Shown piece after piece: positions 39,530-49,188 of a stretch of 64,000 nucleotides of DNA. A program made the translations under genes and the position numbers. Position 1 is the stretch's first letter, and each line of letters opens with the position of its first letter. Origin of the DNA: Sulfitobacter sp. (lineage in GTDB: Bacteria > Pseudomonadota > Alphaproteobacteria > Rhodobacterales > Rhodobacteraceae); NCBI GenBank assembly GCA_051252055.1, contig JBPOFD010000006.1:62657-126656 (forward strand), given 5' to 3'. The notes under the pieces were generated by a model. The model was given only the letters and a program-made list of their open reading frames with translations, was not told the origin of the DNA and made no database searches.

Positions 39530-40594
39530 TTAGCGGTAAACGATGAAGCCGCTGGTATCGCGCACGGTGACGCTGTCGAATTCGGCGTTGTTTTCCAGCA
39601 CCATGACGCCAACAATTTCATCAGGGTCATCGCCGGAAACGATGGCGTAGTAATTGCCCGATTCATATTCGACGGGATCGCCTGCGTCATTGGTGAAGGA
39701 GCTGTCGAGCACGCCGATCAACTCGCCATTGTCATCGAGCACGCCGGGGCCGACGGTGAAGACGGCGGCGGGCAGGCTGGTGAGGCTGGCTTCGTTTTTC
39801 GTGTTGATCCGGCCAAGCACATCATTGGTGATGTTTTCGCCGTCGATGTCATAGATTTCGCGGTTTGTGAGATTGCCGCGTACCGCATCGCCGCGCGAGC
39901 CGGTGGAGCTGTTGAAATCGTCAAAATCGATGGCAATTGTCATGTTGCCAGTGGAATATTGCACGCCAGCGGCCCCGTTAAAGTCGCGGATACCGGCGGC
40001 TTGGCCTTGGAAAATCGCCTGACCTTCGGTGGGCAGGGTTACGCTGCCGCTGCGTTGATAGACAAAACCGCCAAAGCCGTAATCGCGGTAGGCCCCGGTG
40101 CGCACGATGGCGAATTGCGTCGCGGGGTTGCCATCGGCGTCTTTGTTGGTGCTCACGCCGTAGATCGCGCGGTGGCTGAATTGGTTAATCTGCGCTTGGG
40201 TCAACGAGTCTTCGAAGACATTGTCGCCCTCATAGACCGCATATTGACCGTTCGCGAGGCTGCTGACGGCTGTGCCGCGTGAATAGGTGTTGCCGCCATC
40301 GAAGCCGAGGTTGTCGACCGAGAAAGTGTCGGTGTCGCCATCATAGGAGATCGACGAGGCGTAGCCATTGCCGAAATATTCGCTGTCGGTGCTGCCGGAG
40401 GCTTCGGAGCGGAAAAGCCCGGAACCTGCGGAGGGGGATTCGGTGCCCGGTGGCAATTCGCCATCGCGTGAGATGCCTGTGGTGTCATCGCCAGCACTGG
40501 CATCGGTTTCATCGGTGGTGTCTTCGAACGGGTTGCCGCCGCTACAGCTTGCAAGGAACGCGCAAAGCACCAGGCCAGTTGCCTTAAATTTCAT
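39530..40594 (-). CDS. TbpB/fHbp-like surface lipoprotein candidate
   Basis: Lipobox LCAFLASCSG, a disordered acidic linker, then the pattern LPTEGQAIFQGQAAGIR...GNMTIAIDFDDFN...G.L, as in the handle/barrel domains of Slam-dependent lipoproteins. Ends ...DTSGFIVYR. Confidence 0.65.
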   Translation of the reverse strand: MKFKATGLVLCAFLASCSGGNPFEDTTDETDASAGDDTTGISRDGELPPGTESPSAGSGLFRSEASGSTDSEYFGNGYASSISYDGDTDTFSVDNLGFDGGNTYSRGTAVSSLANGQYAVYEGDNVFEDSLTQAQINQFSHRAIYGVSTNKDADGNPATQFAIVRTGAYRDYGFGGFVYQRSGSVTLPTEGQAIFQGQAAGIRDFNGAAGVQYSTGNMTIAIDFDDFNSSTGSRGDAVRGNLTNREIYDIDGENITNDVLGRINTKNEASLTSLPAAVFTVGPGVLDDNGELIGVLDSSFTNDAGDPVEYESGNYYAIVSGDDPDEIVGVMVLENNAEFDSVTVRDTSGFIVYR

Positions 40595-40824
40595 TTTTGC
40601 CTGCCTCTGAATAATGTTTTTTCTTACAATCCATGTCGAATACGCTCTTTGTCAACTGAACCGGGGTGTGGGCGCGCGATTGGTTCGCGATCATGGCCAA
40701 AAAACAATACCGGATATGGCGGTTCCTGCACCCGGTTTGCGCAGATATAGTGGGCAACGAATCCATATATGGCGCGTCAAACCTTAGGCGCGCCGGGGCC
40801 GTAAAAACAAAGACCGGGGTCAAG

Positions 40825-41658
40825 ATGCAGCAATATCATGAAGCGTTACGAGCGATATTGGAGATGGGCGAGGAATCGAGTGACCGCACGGGCACCGGGA
40901 CGCTTTCCTATTTCGGGTTGCAGTCGCGGTATCGGCTGGCGGATGGGTTTCCATTGGTCACGACCAAAAAGCTGCATCTGAAATCGATCATTCATGAGCT
41001 TTTGTGGTTCCTCTCTGGCGATACCAACATACGGTATTTAAAGGAAAATGGCGTCTCGATCTGGGATGAATGGGCCGATGAGAAGGGCGATCTTGGGCCG
41101 GTTTACGGGCATCAATGGCGCAGCTTTCCGGCGCTGGAGCCGACGGGGCAGATGCTGGATGGCGAGCCGCTGTTTACCGGGCGCGGCATTGATCAGATTG
41201 CCCAGTTGGTGGAGATGATCAAAACGGCGCCGGACAGTCGGCGGTTGATTGTCTCGGCGTGGAACCCCGCCGATGTGCCGCGCATGGCGCTGCCGCCTTG
41301 CCATACCATGTGGCAGGTGCGGGTGCTGAACGGGAAATTGCATTTGCAGCTTTACCAACGCTCGGCGGATATGTTTCTGGGCGTGCCGTTCAACATTGCG
41401 TCTTATGCGTTGCTTCAGGTGATGTTGGCGCATGTGACGGGGTACGAGCCGGGTGATTTTGTGCACACGTTGGGTGATGCGCATATTTATTCAAATCATA
41501 TGGATCAAGTGGCGTTGCAGCTGTCGCGGACGCCAAAACCGCTGCCTCGTTTGCGGATCAAACGCGATGTGGCGTCGATTTTTGACTTTAAATTCGAGGA
41601 TTTCGAGATCACCGGCTATGAGCCTGATCCCGCGATCCGCGCAGCTGTGGCGGTCTGA
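40825..41658 (+). CDS. thyA: thymidylate synthase
   Basis: Trimmed to [23 protein letters not shown]...; the PPCH active-site Cys is present. Confidence 0.97.
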   Translation: MQQYHEALRAILEMGEESSDRTGTGTLSYFGLQSRYRLADGFPLVTTKKLHLKSIIHELLWFLSGDTNIRYLKENGVSIWDEWADEKGDLGPVYGHQWRSFPALEPTGQMLDGEPLFTGRGIDQIAQLVEMIKTAPDSRRLIVSAWNPADVPRMALPPCHTMWQVRVLNGKLHLQLYQRSADMFLGVPFNIASYALLQVMLAHVTGYEPGDFVHTLGDAHIYSNHMDQVALQLSRTPKPLPRLRIKRDVASIFDFKFEDFEITGYEPDPAIRAAVAV

Positions 41659-41660
41659 AC

Positions 41661-42140
41661 ATGATTACATTGGTTGTTGCGCGGGCGAAAAACGGGGCGA
41701 TTGGGCGGGATGGGACCATCCCGTGGCAGGTGCCGGAAGATTTGAAAGCGTTTCAACGCGAAACGCTGGGCGGCGCGTTGATTATGGGGCGCAACACCTG
41801 GGACAGCCTGCCGGTGAAACCGCTGTCGCGGCGGCTCAATATCGTGGTGTCGTCGCGGGAAGATGCGGCAGATATTGTAGTGCCGTCGGTAGCAGCGGGT
41901 GCCGCGTTGGCCTCGGCGCAGGGCTATGACCGGATTTACGGCATTGGCGGCGCGGGGATTTACCAAGAGATGATGCCGCTGGCGCATCGGCTGCTGATCT
42001 CTGAGGTTGATATGGACGTGCCTGATGCGGATACGTTTTTCCCACCGTTTGACGCGGCGGAATGGCAGGTGATCTCGGAGCGGGTGCTGCGGGCGGAGGG
42101 GCCGGGGTGCTTGGTGCGGGAATATCTGCGGCTGCGGTAG
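41661..42140 (+). CDS. folA: dihydrofolate reductase
   Basis: MITLVVARAKNGAIGRDGTIPWQVPEDLKAFQRETLGGALIMGRNTW. Confidence 0.93.
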   Translation: MITLVVARAKNGAIGRDGTIPWQVPEDLKAFQRETLGGALIMGRNTWDSLPVKPLSRRLNIVVSSREDAADIVVPSVAAGAALASAQGYDRIYGIGGAGIYQEMMPLAHRLLISEVDMDVPDADTFFPPFDAAEWQVISERVLRAEGPGCLVREYLRLR

Positions 42141-42193
42141 GGGCGCGGCGATGCCCTCTGGACAGTTACGTTTGGGACGGTCATCAATTCTTC

Positions 42194-43390
42194 ATGTTTG
42201 ATCTTGAAAATCCCCCCGCTGGCTTTGTTGAAAACCCCTTTGCGCATTATGATAGGTTGCTGCGCGAGGCGCCGGTCTGTGTGCAGCGCGACGGGTCGGT
42301 TCTGATCAGCAAACATGCGGATTTGAACGCGATTTACCGCGATACGGCGACCTATATCAGCGATAAACACGCAGCTTTTGCGCCGAAATTTGGCCGCGAT
42401 ACGCCGCTGTTTGAGCATCACACCACGTCATTGGTGTTCAACGATCCGCCGCTGCATGGGCGGGTGCGGCGGATTATGACCTCGGCGCTGACGCCCAAAG
42501 CGTTGCAGCGCATGGAGCCGGGGTTGATCGCGGTGGTGGATCAATTGCTGGAAGATATGCCGCAAGAGGCTGATCTGATTGAGGATTTTGCCAGCACGAT
42601 CCCGATCCAGATCATTGGTAACCTGCTGGATGTGCCGATGGCAGAGCGGGGACCGCTGCGCGATTGGTCACTGGCGATTCTGGGGGCGCTTGAGCCTGTG
42701 CTGAGCGCCGAGCAGCTTGAGGCGGGGCATCAAGCGGTCAGGGAGTTCAAAGCCTATCTGCAAGATTTGATTGCGCGGCGGCGTGCGGCGCCCGGTGATG
42801 CGGAAACCGATGTGTTAACGCGGCTGATCAACGGCGATGACAGCGGGAAGCTCACGGAAATCGAGCTCATTCAGAACTGTATTTTCATCCTGAACGCGGG
42901 TCATGAGACGACGACCAATCTGATCGGCAACGGGTTGGCGATGCTGCATGATCACCCCGAGCAAAAAGCGCGGCTTTTGGCGGATTGGGGGCTGATTGAT
43001 ACGGCGGTGGAGGAGGTGCTGCGGCTGCGCTCGCCCAACCAGTTTGGCAACCGTGAAACCACCGCCGATGTGACGCTGCGGGGCGTGGATATTCCGGCAG
43101 GCAGCAACCTTCATTTGTGCATTGGTGCGGCGAACCGCGACCCTGAAGTGTTTGAGAACCCTGAGGTTTTTGATATTACACGCAAGCCGAACCGGCATCT
43201 GGCCTTTGCGGGCGGGCCGCATGTTTGCGTCGGGCTGACCCTGGCGCGGATGGAAGGGCGCATTGCGATCGAGCGGTTTTTGCGGCGCTATCCGGCGTAT
43301 GAAATTGGCGCGGCGCGGGTCAGCGGCGGGCGCATTCGGTTTCATGGCTATGCGTCGCTGCCGGCCAAGATCGGGGGCTCGGGCGCATAA
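42194..43390 (+). CDS. cytochrome P450
   Basis: Trimmed to MFDLENPPAGF...; AGHETT I-helix, ExxR (EEVLRLR), heme loop FAGGPHVCVGLTLA. Confidence 0.92.
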   Translation: MFDLENPPAGFVENPFAHYDRLLREAPVCVQRDGSVLISKHADLNAIYRDTATYISDKHAAFAPKFGRDTPLFEHHTTSLVFNDPPLHGRVRRIMTSALTPKALQRMEPGLIAVVDQLLEDMPQEADLIEDFASTIPIQIIGNLLDVPMAERGPLRDWSLAILGALEPVLSAEQLEAGHQAVREFKAYLQDLIARRRAAPGDAETDVLTRLINGDDSGKLTEIELIQNCIFILNAGHETTTNLIGNGLAMLHDHPEQKARLLADWGLIDTAVEEVLRLRSPNQFGNRETTADVTLRGVDIPAGSNLHLCIGAANRDPEVFENPEVFDITRKPNRHLAFAGGPHVCVGLTLARMEGRIAIERFLRRYPAYEIGAARVSGGRIRFHGYASLPAKIGGSGA

Positions 43391-43517
43391 GCGTCGAGGC
43401 CGCGCAACCCGGCACCGCGCAGGGTGCAAGCCGCGTTATGCCCTGTGGGAACCAAGGGCGGCTCTTTTTGTTAACCACTCGTGAAGCATGCGCCCCGCAA
43501 AATGCAGGGCGGCTGCG

Positions 43518-43724
43518 TCAGAGAAGTTTTAGATCGCTTGCCATTTGTCGGCCATCGCGCCCTTCGGTGAGCTCGTAGCTGATCTTTTGATCATCGGCCA
43601 AGCCGGTCAGACCGGATTGCTCGACAGCTGAAATATGGACAAAAACATCACTGCCACCTGCTTCGGGCGCAATAAACCCGTAGCCTTTGGTGGTGTTGAA
43701 CCATTTCACGGTGCCATTTGGCAT
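43518..43724 (-). CDS. cold-shock domain protein (CspA family)
   Basis: MPNGTVKWFNTTKGYGFIAPEAGGSDVFVHISAV; 68 aa. About 160 nt of non-coding DNA lies upstream, consistent with a long csp leader. Confidence 0.95.
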   Translation of the reverse strand: MPNGTVKWFNTTKGYGFIAPEAGGSDVFVHISAVEQSGLTGLADDQKISYELTEGRDGRQMASDLKLL

Positions 43725-43884
43725 AATTCCCCGTGCCTCCTTCGTTTAGTCAAGTTGCCGCAAATCGCGGCATGGGGACGCACCCCACACCTAGCAAGAT
43801 TGCGCAATCTCAAATAAAATCAAGTTCTGCGTCGATTTTATTGCAAAGCGGCGGCATAAGCGCTGAAAAATCAGGAGAATTTTA

Positions 43885-44229
43885 ATGAAAAGCGAGACTG
43901 AGGCGCAGGGGCGGCTGTTTGGGCTGAAAAATTGCGACACATGCCGCAAGGCGCTGAAAGCGGTGCCGGGGCTGGCGCTGGTGGATGTGCGCGCCGATGG
44001 GGTGCCGCCGGAGGTGATGGCGCGGGCGCTGGCGGAATTTGGCGCGGCTTTAGTGAATACGCGGTCGACCACGTGGCGGGGCTTGGATGAGGCGCAGCGG
44101 GCGCGGCCCGCTGCGGAACTTTTGGCAGAGCATCCGGCGCTGATGAAGCGGCCTTTGATCCTTGCCCAGTCGCAGATGTTTCTGGGCTGGAGCAAGGAGG
44201 TGCAGGCGCAGGTTGAGGCTCTGGTTTAA
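43885..44229 (+). CDS. ArsC/Spx/MgsR-family thioredoxin-fold protein
   Basis: LFGLKNCDTCRKALK motif; 114 aa. The start is uncertain. Confidence 0.8.
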   Translation: MKSETEAQGRLFGLKNCDTCRKALKAVPGLALVDVRADGVPPEVMARALAEFGAALVNTRSTTWRGLDEAQRARPAAELLAEHPALMKRPLILAQSQMFLGWSKEVQAQVEALV

Positions 44230-44780
44230 CCGATGGATTTGGCGCGCAAGGCCCGGTCGAGGGACAGGGGGCCTGCGCCTTTGATCACAAGGACGAGCAG
44301 CAAGAAAACCCAGAATGCGCGCTGGTCGAGGATGATCGCGTCTGGGAAACGGTCAAACCATGCGCCGAGGACTTTGGGGTCTTCGAAACCGTTGTGGCCG
44401 TAGAGATCTGTGAGCGATTGCAAGGTGATAAAGCCGATCATGCCAAGCGCGGAGAGGCGGGTCAGCAGGCCGAGCACCACCAGCGCGGGCAGGATGAATT
44501 CGCCCCATGTGCCGCCCATGACGACCAGCGTGTGAAAGATGCTGAGCTGGTCTGTATCATAGCCTGCGGCCTCCATCGCGCGGGGGAAAATCTGCGCGTA
44601 GGCCCCCACGGAGGGGGAGAAAATGCCGGCAAAGCCTTCGCCAAGTTTGGTCAGGCCAGAGACCCAGAAATAGATCAGCAACACGCCCGCAAAGATCAGC
44701 CGGGCGAGGGTGGGCAGGAGCCAATCGCTGCGGTCGAGGGCATCGGCGAGGCGGCGGTAGGCGGAGAGAAGTGCGTTCAT
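44226..44780 (-). CDS. DoxX-family membrane protein (last gene of the bufferin-like cluster)
   Basis: 184 aa, about 4 TM, with DoxX-like hydrophobic pattern. Co-directional with the DUF2063 gene, 24 nt downstream of it. Confidence 0.8.
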   Translation of the reverse strand: MNALLSAYRRLADALDRSDWLLPTLARLIFAGVLLIYFWVSGLTKLGEGFAGIFSPSVGAYAQIFPRAMEAAGYDTDQLSIFHTLVVMGGTWGEFILPALVVLGLLTRLSALGMIGFITLQSLTDLYGHNGFEDPKVLGAWFDRFPDAIILDQRAFWVFLLLVLVIKGAGPLSLDRALRAKSIG

Positions 44781-44804
44781 GGTCAGTCCTTTATGGGCCG
44801 GTGT

Positions 44805-45560
44805 TTAACCAGCGGAAGGGGGCGCGCAAAACGCCCCGGCGGCGAGGGTCAGGCCAAGGGCCTGTGCCAGATCAAAATCGGGGGCAGCTTGGGCGGCAGC
44901 CTCGCAGGCGCGCTGCAGCGGCGCGCCGCCGCGCAGGGTTTCGAGCCATGTGGCCGCGCCCGAAGGGAGGGCGGCAGGCATTGGGTCAAACTCGGGGCGG
45001 GTGATGAGGATGTCTTGGGGAACGGGGGCGGGTTTGGGCGCATCCGCTTGGGTGTTGAAGCGCCAGATGTCAAAAAGCGGCCAGTCGGAGCGCAGGATAA
45101 GCGTAGCCGGGGCCAGCGGCAAATGCAGCGCCATGAGCGCCTCTGGGGGCAGGGCCGCGAGGCTGGCGGCGTCGAACGGGGCGGCATCAGCGGCATGGTA
45201 GGAGCGGCGCAGGGCCAGATCGAGGGCCGCGCAATCGGGCAGGTAACCCAGATGGGCCAGCGGCGCAAACCCATGTAAAAATTCAGGGAAATCAGCGCCG
45301 TAATGCATCATCAGCGGCGATTTTGGCGGGTGGGCGCGCACAAAGATCGGCATCAGGCTGTCGAAGTTTTGCGGCCCGATGATTTTGCGCACCAGCGGGA
45401 AGGCGGTTTTCATCGCTTCGATTAACGATGTGGTGACATTGTTGCGATACACATCATAGCGGCGCCCGGCGGGGCGGCCTGCGCCGTCGATCAGCCCGTC
45501 GGGAACGGGGCTTTGCGCGTCGAGCAGGGCGGCGCGGAATTGCGATTGCGACAGGGTCAT
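44805..45560 (-). CDS. DUF2063 protein (MbnC/BufC-like partner of the MNIO enzyme)
   Basis: FRAALLD...[34 protein letters not shown] is the DUF2063 N-terminal signature. Its start overlaps the DUF692 stop by 4 nt. Confidence 0.8.
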   Translation of the reverse strand: MTLSQSQFRAALLDAQSPVPDGLIDGAGRPAGRRYDVYRNNVTTSLIEAMKTAFPLVRKIIGPQNFDSLMPIFVRAHPPKSPLMMHYGADFPEFLHGFAPLAHLGYLPDCAALDLALRRSYHAADAAPFDAASLAALPPEALMALHLPLAPATLILRSDWPLFDIWRFNTQADAPKPAPVPQDILITRPEFDPMPAALPSGAATWLETLRGGAPLQRACEAAAQAAPDFDLAQALGLTLAAGAFCAPPSAG

Positions 45561-46450
45561 GCGGGGGCACCTGCGGGCAGGGCGATGCGGCTGAGCGCGG
45601 CGGCGGCGCGGCTGGCCTCATCGCGTAGAACAGGCCAATCGGGCACGTCATTGTCCCATTCCACCAGCACCGGGCGCGGGCCGGAGCGGGCGAGGGTGTA
45701 ATCAAGCAGGGCCCAGACGGGATCAACCACCGCTTTGCCGTGGCTGTCGATGAGCAGGGGCGCGCCGTGATCATCGCTGTCTTCGTCGTGGCCGCCCACG
45801 TGAATCTCGCCCACGGCATCAAGCGGGAAGGCGTCGATATAGGCCTGCGGCGAGAGGCCAAGATTGGTGGCGGAAATGAACACATTGTTCACATCCAGCA
45901 AGAGACCACAGGAGGTTTTGTGGGTAAGTTCGGAAAGAAAGTCCGTTTCGGACAAGCTGGAATCGGCAAAGGCGAGGTAGCTGGAGGGGTTTTCCAGCAG
46001 CATTTGGCGGCCCAGCACGTCTTGGACCTGGGCGATGTGATCCGCGACGCGGGCCAAGGTGGCGGGGGTGTAGGGCAGGGGCAGCAGATCATTCATGAAC
46101 TCGGCCCCATGGGTGGACCATGCCAGATGTTCGGAAAAGCTGGCTGGATTGCTGCGGTCGATCAGGGTTTTGAGGCGGGCAAGATGCGCCGTATCAAGCG
46201 GGGTTTCACCGCCGATGGACAGGCCAACCCCATGCACGGAAAGCGCAAATTCGGCGCTGAGGGCGGCAAGCTGGGCCAGCGGTCTGCCGCCATCGCCCAT
46301 GTAGTTTTCCGCATGCACTTCGATCCAGCGCACCGGGCCGGGAGCGTCGCTAAGCTGTTGGAAATGTTGGGGTTTATAGCCTACCCCCGGCGCATGTGGC
46401 AGGGATGTGAGGCGGGGAGGATGCTGTGTCATCGCTGGCCCTATGTCCAT
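45557..46450 (-). CDS. DUF692/UPF0276 multinuclear non-heme iron oxidase (MbnB/BufB-like)
   Basis: GVGYKPQHF..., [29 protein letters not shown] and HVGGH motifs. An alternative start is ATG 46432. Confidence 0.88.
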   Translation of the reverse strand: MDIGPAMTQHPPRLTSLPHAPGVGYKPQHFQQLSDAPGPVRWIEVHAENYMGDGGRPLAQLAALSAEFALSVHGVGLSIGGETPLDTAHLARLKTLIDRSNPASFSEHLAWSTHGAEFMNDLLPLPYTPATLARVADHIAQVQDVLGRQMLLENPSSYLAFADSSLSETDFLSELTHKTSCGLLLDVNNVFISATNLGLSPQAYIDAFPLDAVGEIHVGGHDEDSDDHGAPLLIDSHGKAVVDPVWALLDYTLARSGPRPVLVEWDNDVPDWPVLRDEASRAAAALSRIALPAGAPA

Positions 46451-46581
46451 TTGGAGATGTCCGTTTGGAACGGTGCGTTTTGAAAGCTGTGGCGGCAGGC
46501 GCGGGGGCCTGAGATGCCCTGTTCGGCTTGGCGCGCAGGCCCGAGGATCGGAGCGTGGCCAGAGCGGGACCGGAGCTGTGG

Positions 46582-46606
46582 CCGGGCAGGCGCGGGGCCT
46601 GCCCGG
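46582..46606 (-). terminator. perfect 10-bp hairpin 10 nt after the precursor gene stop (attenuator/stabiliser candidate)
   Basis: CCGGGCAGGC-N5-GCCTGCCCGG read directly; no U-tract. It lies in a 165-nt spacer between the precursor and enzyme genes. Confidence 0.55.
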
Positions 46607-46615
46607 AGCCGCAAT

Positions 46616-46918
46616 TTATGCGGGCAGATCGCGGTCGAGCGCGGCCAGAGAGCCTTTGCGCGCGGTGCCGTCTGCCATGGCGGGCAGGTCCATGGTTTCG
46701 CAGGAGCCTGCGTCAACCAATGTCCAAGCGTTGCCTTGGTAATCTGTGACCGATGTGCCCGCGCAGGTGGTGCCGGGACCGGCGGCGCAATCATTGGCGC
46801 CTGCCAGGGAAACGCCGTAGCATTTTTCTTTGGACGCGGCCTGCACGGTGGTGGCTTGGGCGGCCAGAGCAGCGGCAACGGCCCCCGCGATTGCGAATGT
46901 TTTAACTGTTGTCGACAT
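46616..46918 (-). CDS. DUF2282 Cys-rich secreted peptide (bufferin/BufA-like RiPP precursor)
   Basis: 100 aa; Sec signal ...AAQATTVQA|AS; core [27 protein letters not shown]...GSCE with Cys33/44/52/73; AAGGAG RBS upstream. Confidence 0.8.
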   Translation of the reverse strand: MSTTVKTFAIAGAVAAALAAQATTVQAASKEKCYGVSLAGANDCAAGPGTTCAGTSVTDYQGNAWTLVDAGSCETMDLPAMADGTARKGSLAALDRDLPA

Positions 46919-47098
46919 GGATCGTCTCCTTTGGTTTAGAACGAAAACCTGTTTGATGGCACCAATAGATCAGCCTTGGGGGCCGGGGGCCATTCACGAG
47001 ACAGTGTGTCACATCCGCGTTAGGAAATCCGCTCAAACATGGGGAATTCCGAAACATTTGACGGATTCTGGCGCGGGGTTGTAACAAAAACGCCGCAG

Positions 47099-47124
47099 CG
47101 CCCGGCCCGCGATGGGGCCGGGCG
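47099..47124 (-). terminator. thrS terminator hairpin
   Basis: CGCCCGGCCC-N6-GGGCCGGGCG perfect 10-bp stem 9 nt after the thrS stop. A TTTTT run follows 9 nt further on. Confidence 0.55.
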
Positions 47125-47133
47125 TGAGAATTG

Positions 47134-49080
47134 TTACAGAAGATCTGGCGGGGTGGCGTCGCGGCCCAGCGAGGCGGCGACTTCATCCAGCGGTTGCACC
47201 GAAGTTTGTTTTTCGCCAAGGCGGCGGACAGAGACTGTGCGTTCTTCGACTTCGCGCGCGCCCACCGCGAGGATCACCGGCACTTTGCCAACGGAATGTT
47301 CGCGCACCTTGTAGTTGATCTTTTCATTGCGGGTGTCTGCTTCGGCGCGCACCCCTGCGGCGCGCAGGGTTTCGACCACTTCGTTCACATAGTCATCCGC
47401 CTCGGAGGTGATCGAGGCCACAACCACTTGGCGCGGGGCCAGCCAGAAGGGCAATTTGCCTGCGTGTTCTTCGATCAAGATGCCGATGAAACGCTCAAAG
47501 CTGCCCAAAGTGGCGCGGTGCAGCATGACGGGGCGGTGTTTGGCCCCATCGGCGCCGATGAACGTGGCGTCGAGCCGTTCGGGCAGGTTGGGGTCCACCT
47601 GAAGTGTGCCGCATTGCCAGTTCCGGCCAATCGCGTCGGTGAGGGTGAATTCCAGTTTCGGGCCGTAGAATGCGCCTTCGCCTTCGAGCAGTTCGTATTC
47701 GTAGCCCGCCGCCTTGCAGGCATCGCCCAAGGCTTTTTCCACGCGGTCCCAGCTTTCGTCGCTGCCGATGCGTTTTTCGGGACGGGTGGAGAGTTTGATG
47801 GTCCAGTCGTGGAAGCCCAGATCGGCGTAGACTTCCGACAGGAAGGCGATGAAACGCGCGGTTTCATCGGTGATCTGGTCTTCGGTGCAGAAAATATGCC
47901 CGTCATCTTGGGTAAAGCCGCGCACCCGCATGATGCCATGCAGCGCGCCCGAGGGCTCGTAGCGGGCGCAGGAGCCAAATTCGGCCATGCGCAGTGGAAG
48001 GTCGCGATAGGATTTCAGGCCCTGATTGAAGATCTGCACGTGGCAGGGGCAGTTCATCGGTTTGAGCGCGTTGACGGCTTTTTCGCGGGCATGTTCTTCG
48101 TCCACTTCGACGATGAACATGTGGTCTTGGTATTTATCCCAGTGGCCGGAGGCCTCCCATAATTTGCGGTCGACGACCTGCGGGGTGTTGACCTCGACAT
48201 AGCCGCCTTTGCGCTGTTGGCGGCGCATGTAATCTTGCAATTGGGTGTAGATGCCCCAGCCGTTGGGGTGCCAGAAGACTTGGCCGGGGGCCTCTTCTTG
48301 CATGTGGAAGAGGTTCATTTCGCGGCCAAGTTTGCGGTGGTCGCGTTTTGCGGCCTCTTCGAGCATGTTGAGATGGGCGCGCAGTTTCTCTTTGCCGGTG
48401 AAGGCCACGCCGTAGATGCGTTGCAGCATGGCGCGGTTGCTGTCGCCGCGCCAATAGGCGCCCGCGATGGACATGAGTTTGAACGCATCGCCGGGCACTT
48501 GGCCGGTGTGTTGCAGGTGCGGGCCACGGCACAGGTCTTGCCAGTCGCCATGCCAATACATGCGCAGCGGCTCGTCGCCGGGGATCGCGTCGATCAGTTC
48601 GACCTTATAGGGCTCGCCGCGGTCTTGGTAATATTGCACAGCGCGGGCGCGGTCCCAGACTTCGGTGCGCACGGCGTCGCGTTTGTTGATGATTTCTTTC
48701 ATCTTTTTCTCGATCAGCCCCAGATCTTCGGGGGTGAACGGCTCGGCGCGGTCAAAGTCGTAATACCAGCCGTCCTTGATCACCGGGCCGATGGTGACTT
48801 GGGTGTCGGGCCAGATTTCCTGCACGGCGCGGGCCATGATATGCGCGAGGTCGTGGCGCACCAGCTCATTGGCTTGGTCTTCGTCGGCCATGGTGTGGAT
48901 CGCGATGGCGGCATCGGCGTTGATGGGCCATTGCAGGTCAAAATGCTGGCCATCCACGGTGGCGCTGATGGCTTTTTTGCCCAGCGAGGTGGAAATGGAG
49001 GTGGCGACTTCGGCGGCGGTGATGCCTGCGTCGAAGGATTTTGCATTGCCATCGGGGAAAGTGAGAGAGATCTGGGCCAT
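47134..49080 (-). CDS. thrS: threonine--tRNA ligase
   Basis: 648 aa; TGS N-terminus ([16 protein letters not shown]), editing domain, class II core and anticodon domain. Confidence 0.98.
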   Translation of the reverse strand: MAQISLTFPDGNAKSFDAGITAAEVATSISTSLGKKAISATVDGQHFDLQWPINADAAIAIHTMADEDQANELVRHDLAHIMARAVQEIWPDTQVTIGPVIKDGWYYDFDRAEPFTPEDLGLIEKKMKEIINKRDAVRTEVWDRARAVQYYQDRGEPYKVELIDAIPGDEPLRMYWHGDWQDLCRGPHLQHTGQVPGDAFKLMSIAGAYWRGDSNRAMLQRIYGVAFTGKEKLRAHLNMLEEAAKRDHRKLGREMNLFHMQEEAPGQVFWHPNGWGIYTQLQDYMRRQQRKGGYVEVNTPQVVDRKLWEASGHWDKYQDHMFIVEVDEEHAREKAVNALKPMNCPCHVQIFNQGLKSYRDLPLRMAEFGSCARYEPSGALHGIMRVRGFTQDDGHIFCTEDQITDETARFIAFLSEVYADLGFHDWTIKLSTRPEKRIGSDESWDRVEKALGDACKAAGYEYELLEGEGAFYGPKLEFTLTDAIGRNWQCGTLQVDPNLPERLDATFIGADGAKHRPVMLHRATLGSFERFIGILIEEHAGKLPFWLAPRQVVVASITSEADDYVNEVVETLRAAGVRAEADTRNEKINYKVREHSVGKVPVILAVGAREVEERTVSVRRLGEKQTSVQPLDEVAASLGRDATPPDLL

Positions 49081-49188
49081 GTCAGGCGCTCCTCGTCAGT
49101 TTGGCGCCCACGAGACGCCCGGTTGCGGGTTATGTGTTTCGCCCTATTTGGCTTTGTCATAGGGGCAAGTCAACACGGGAAACGGCAG

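Noticed and set aside
46919-47098. GGAATTCC ... GGATTTCC pair upstream of the bufferin-like precursor gene as a candidate regulator or ECF-type promoter element.
   Set aside because: It is a single occurrence with no recognisable -35/-10 pair that I could align to a known sigma consensus. Too speculative without transcription start data.
48217-49188. N-terminal 324 codons that the ORF track attaches to the MFS transporter (757-aa ORF).
   Set aside because: This part is antisense to thrS and lacks TM segments. The transporter begins at ATG 49189. Similar false 5' extensions were trimmed at 1771..3612, 330..1616, 26154..27296, 38104..39690, 40666..41658, 42062..43390, 18873..20261 and 53801..55168.
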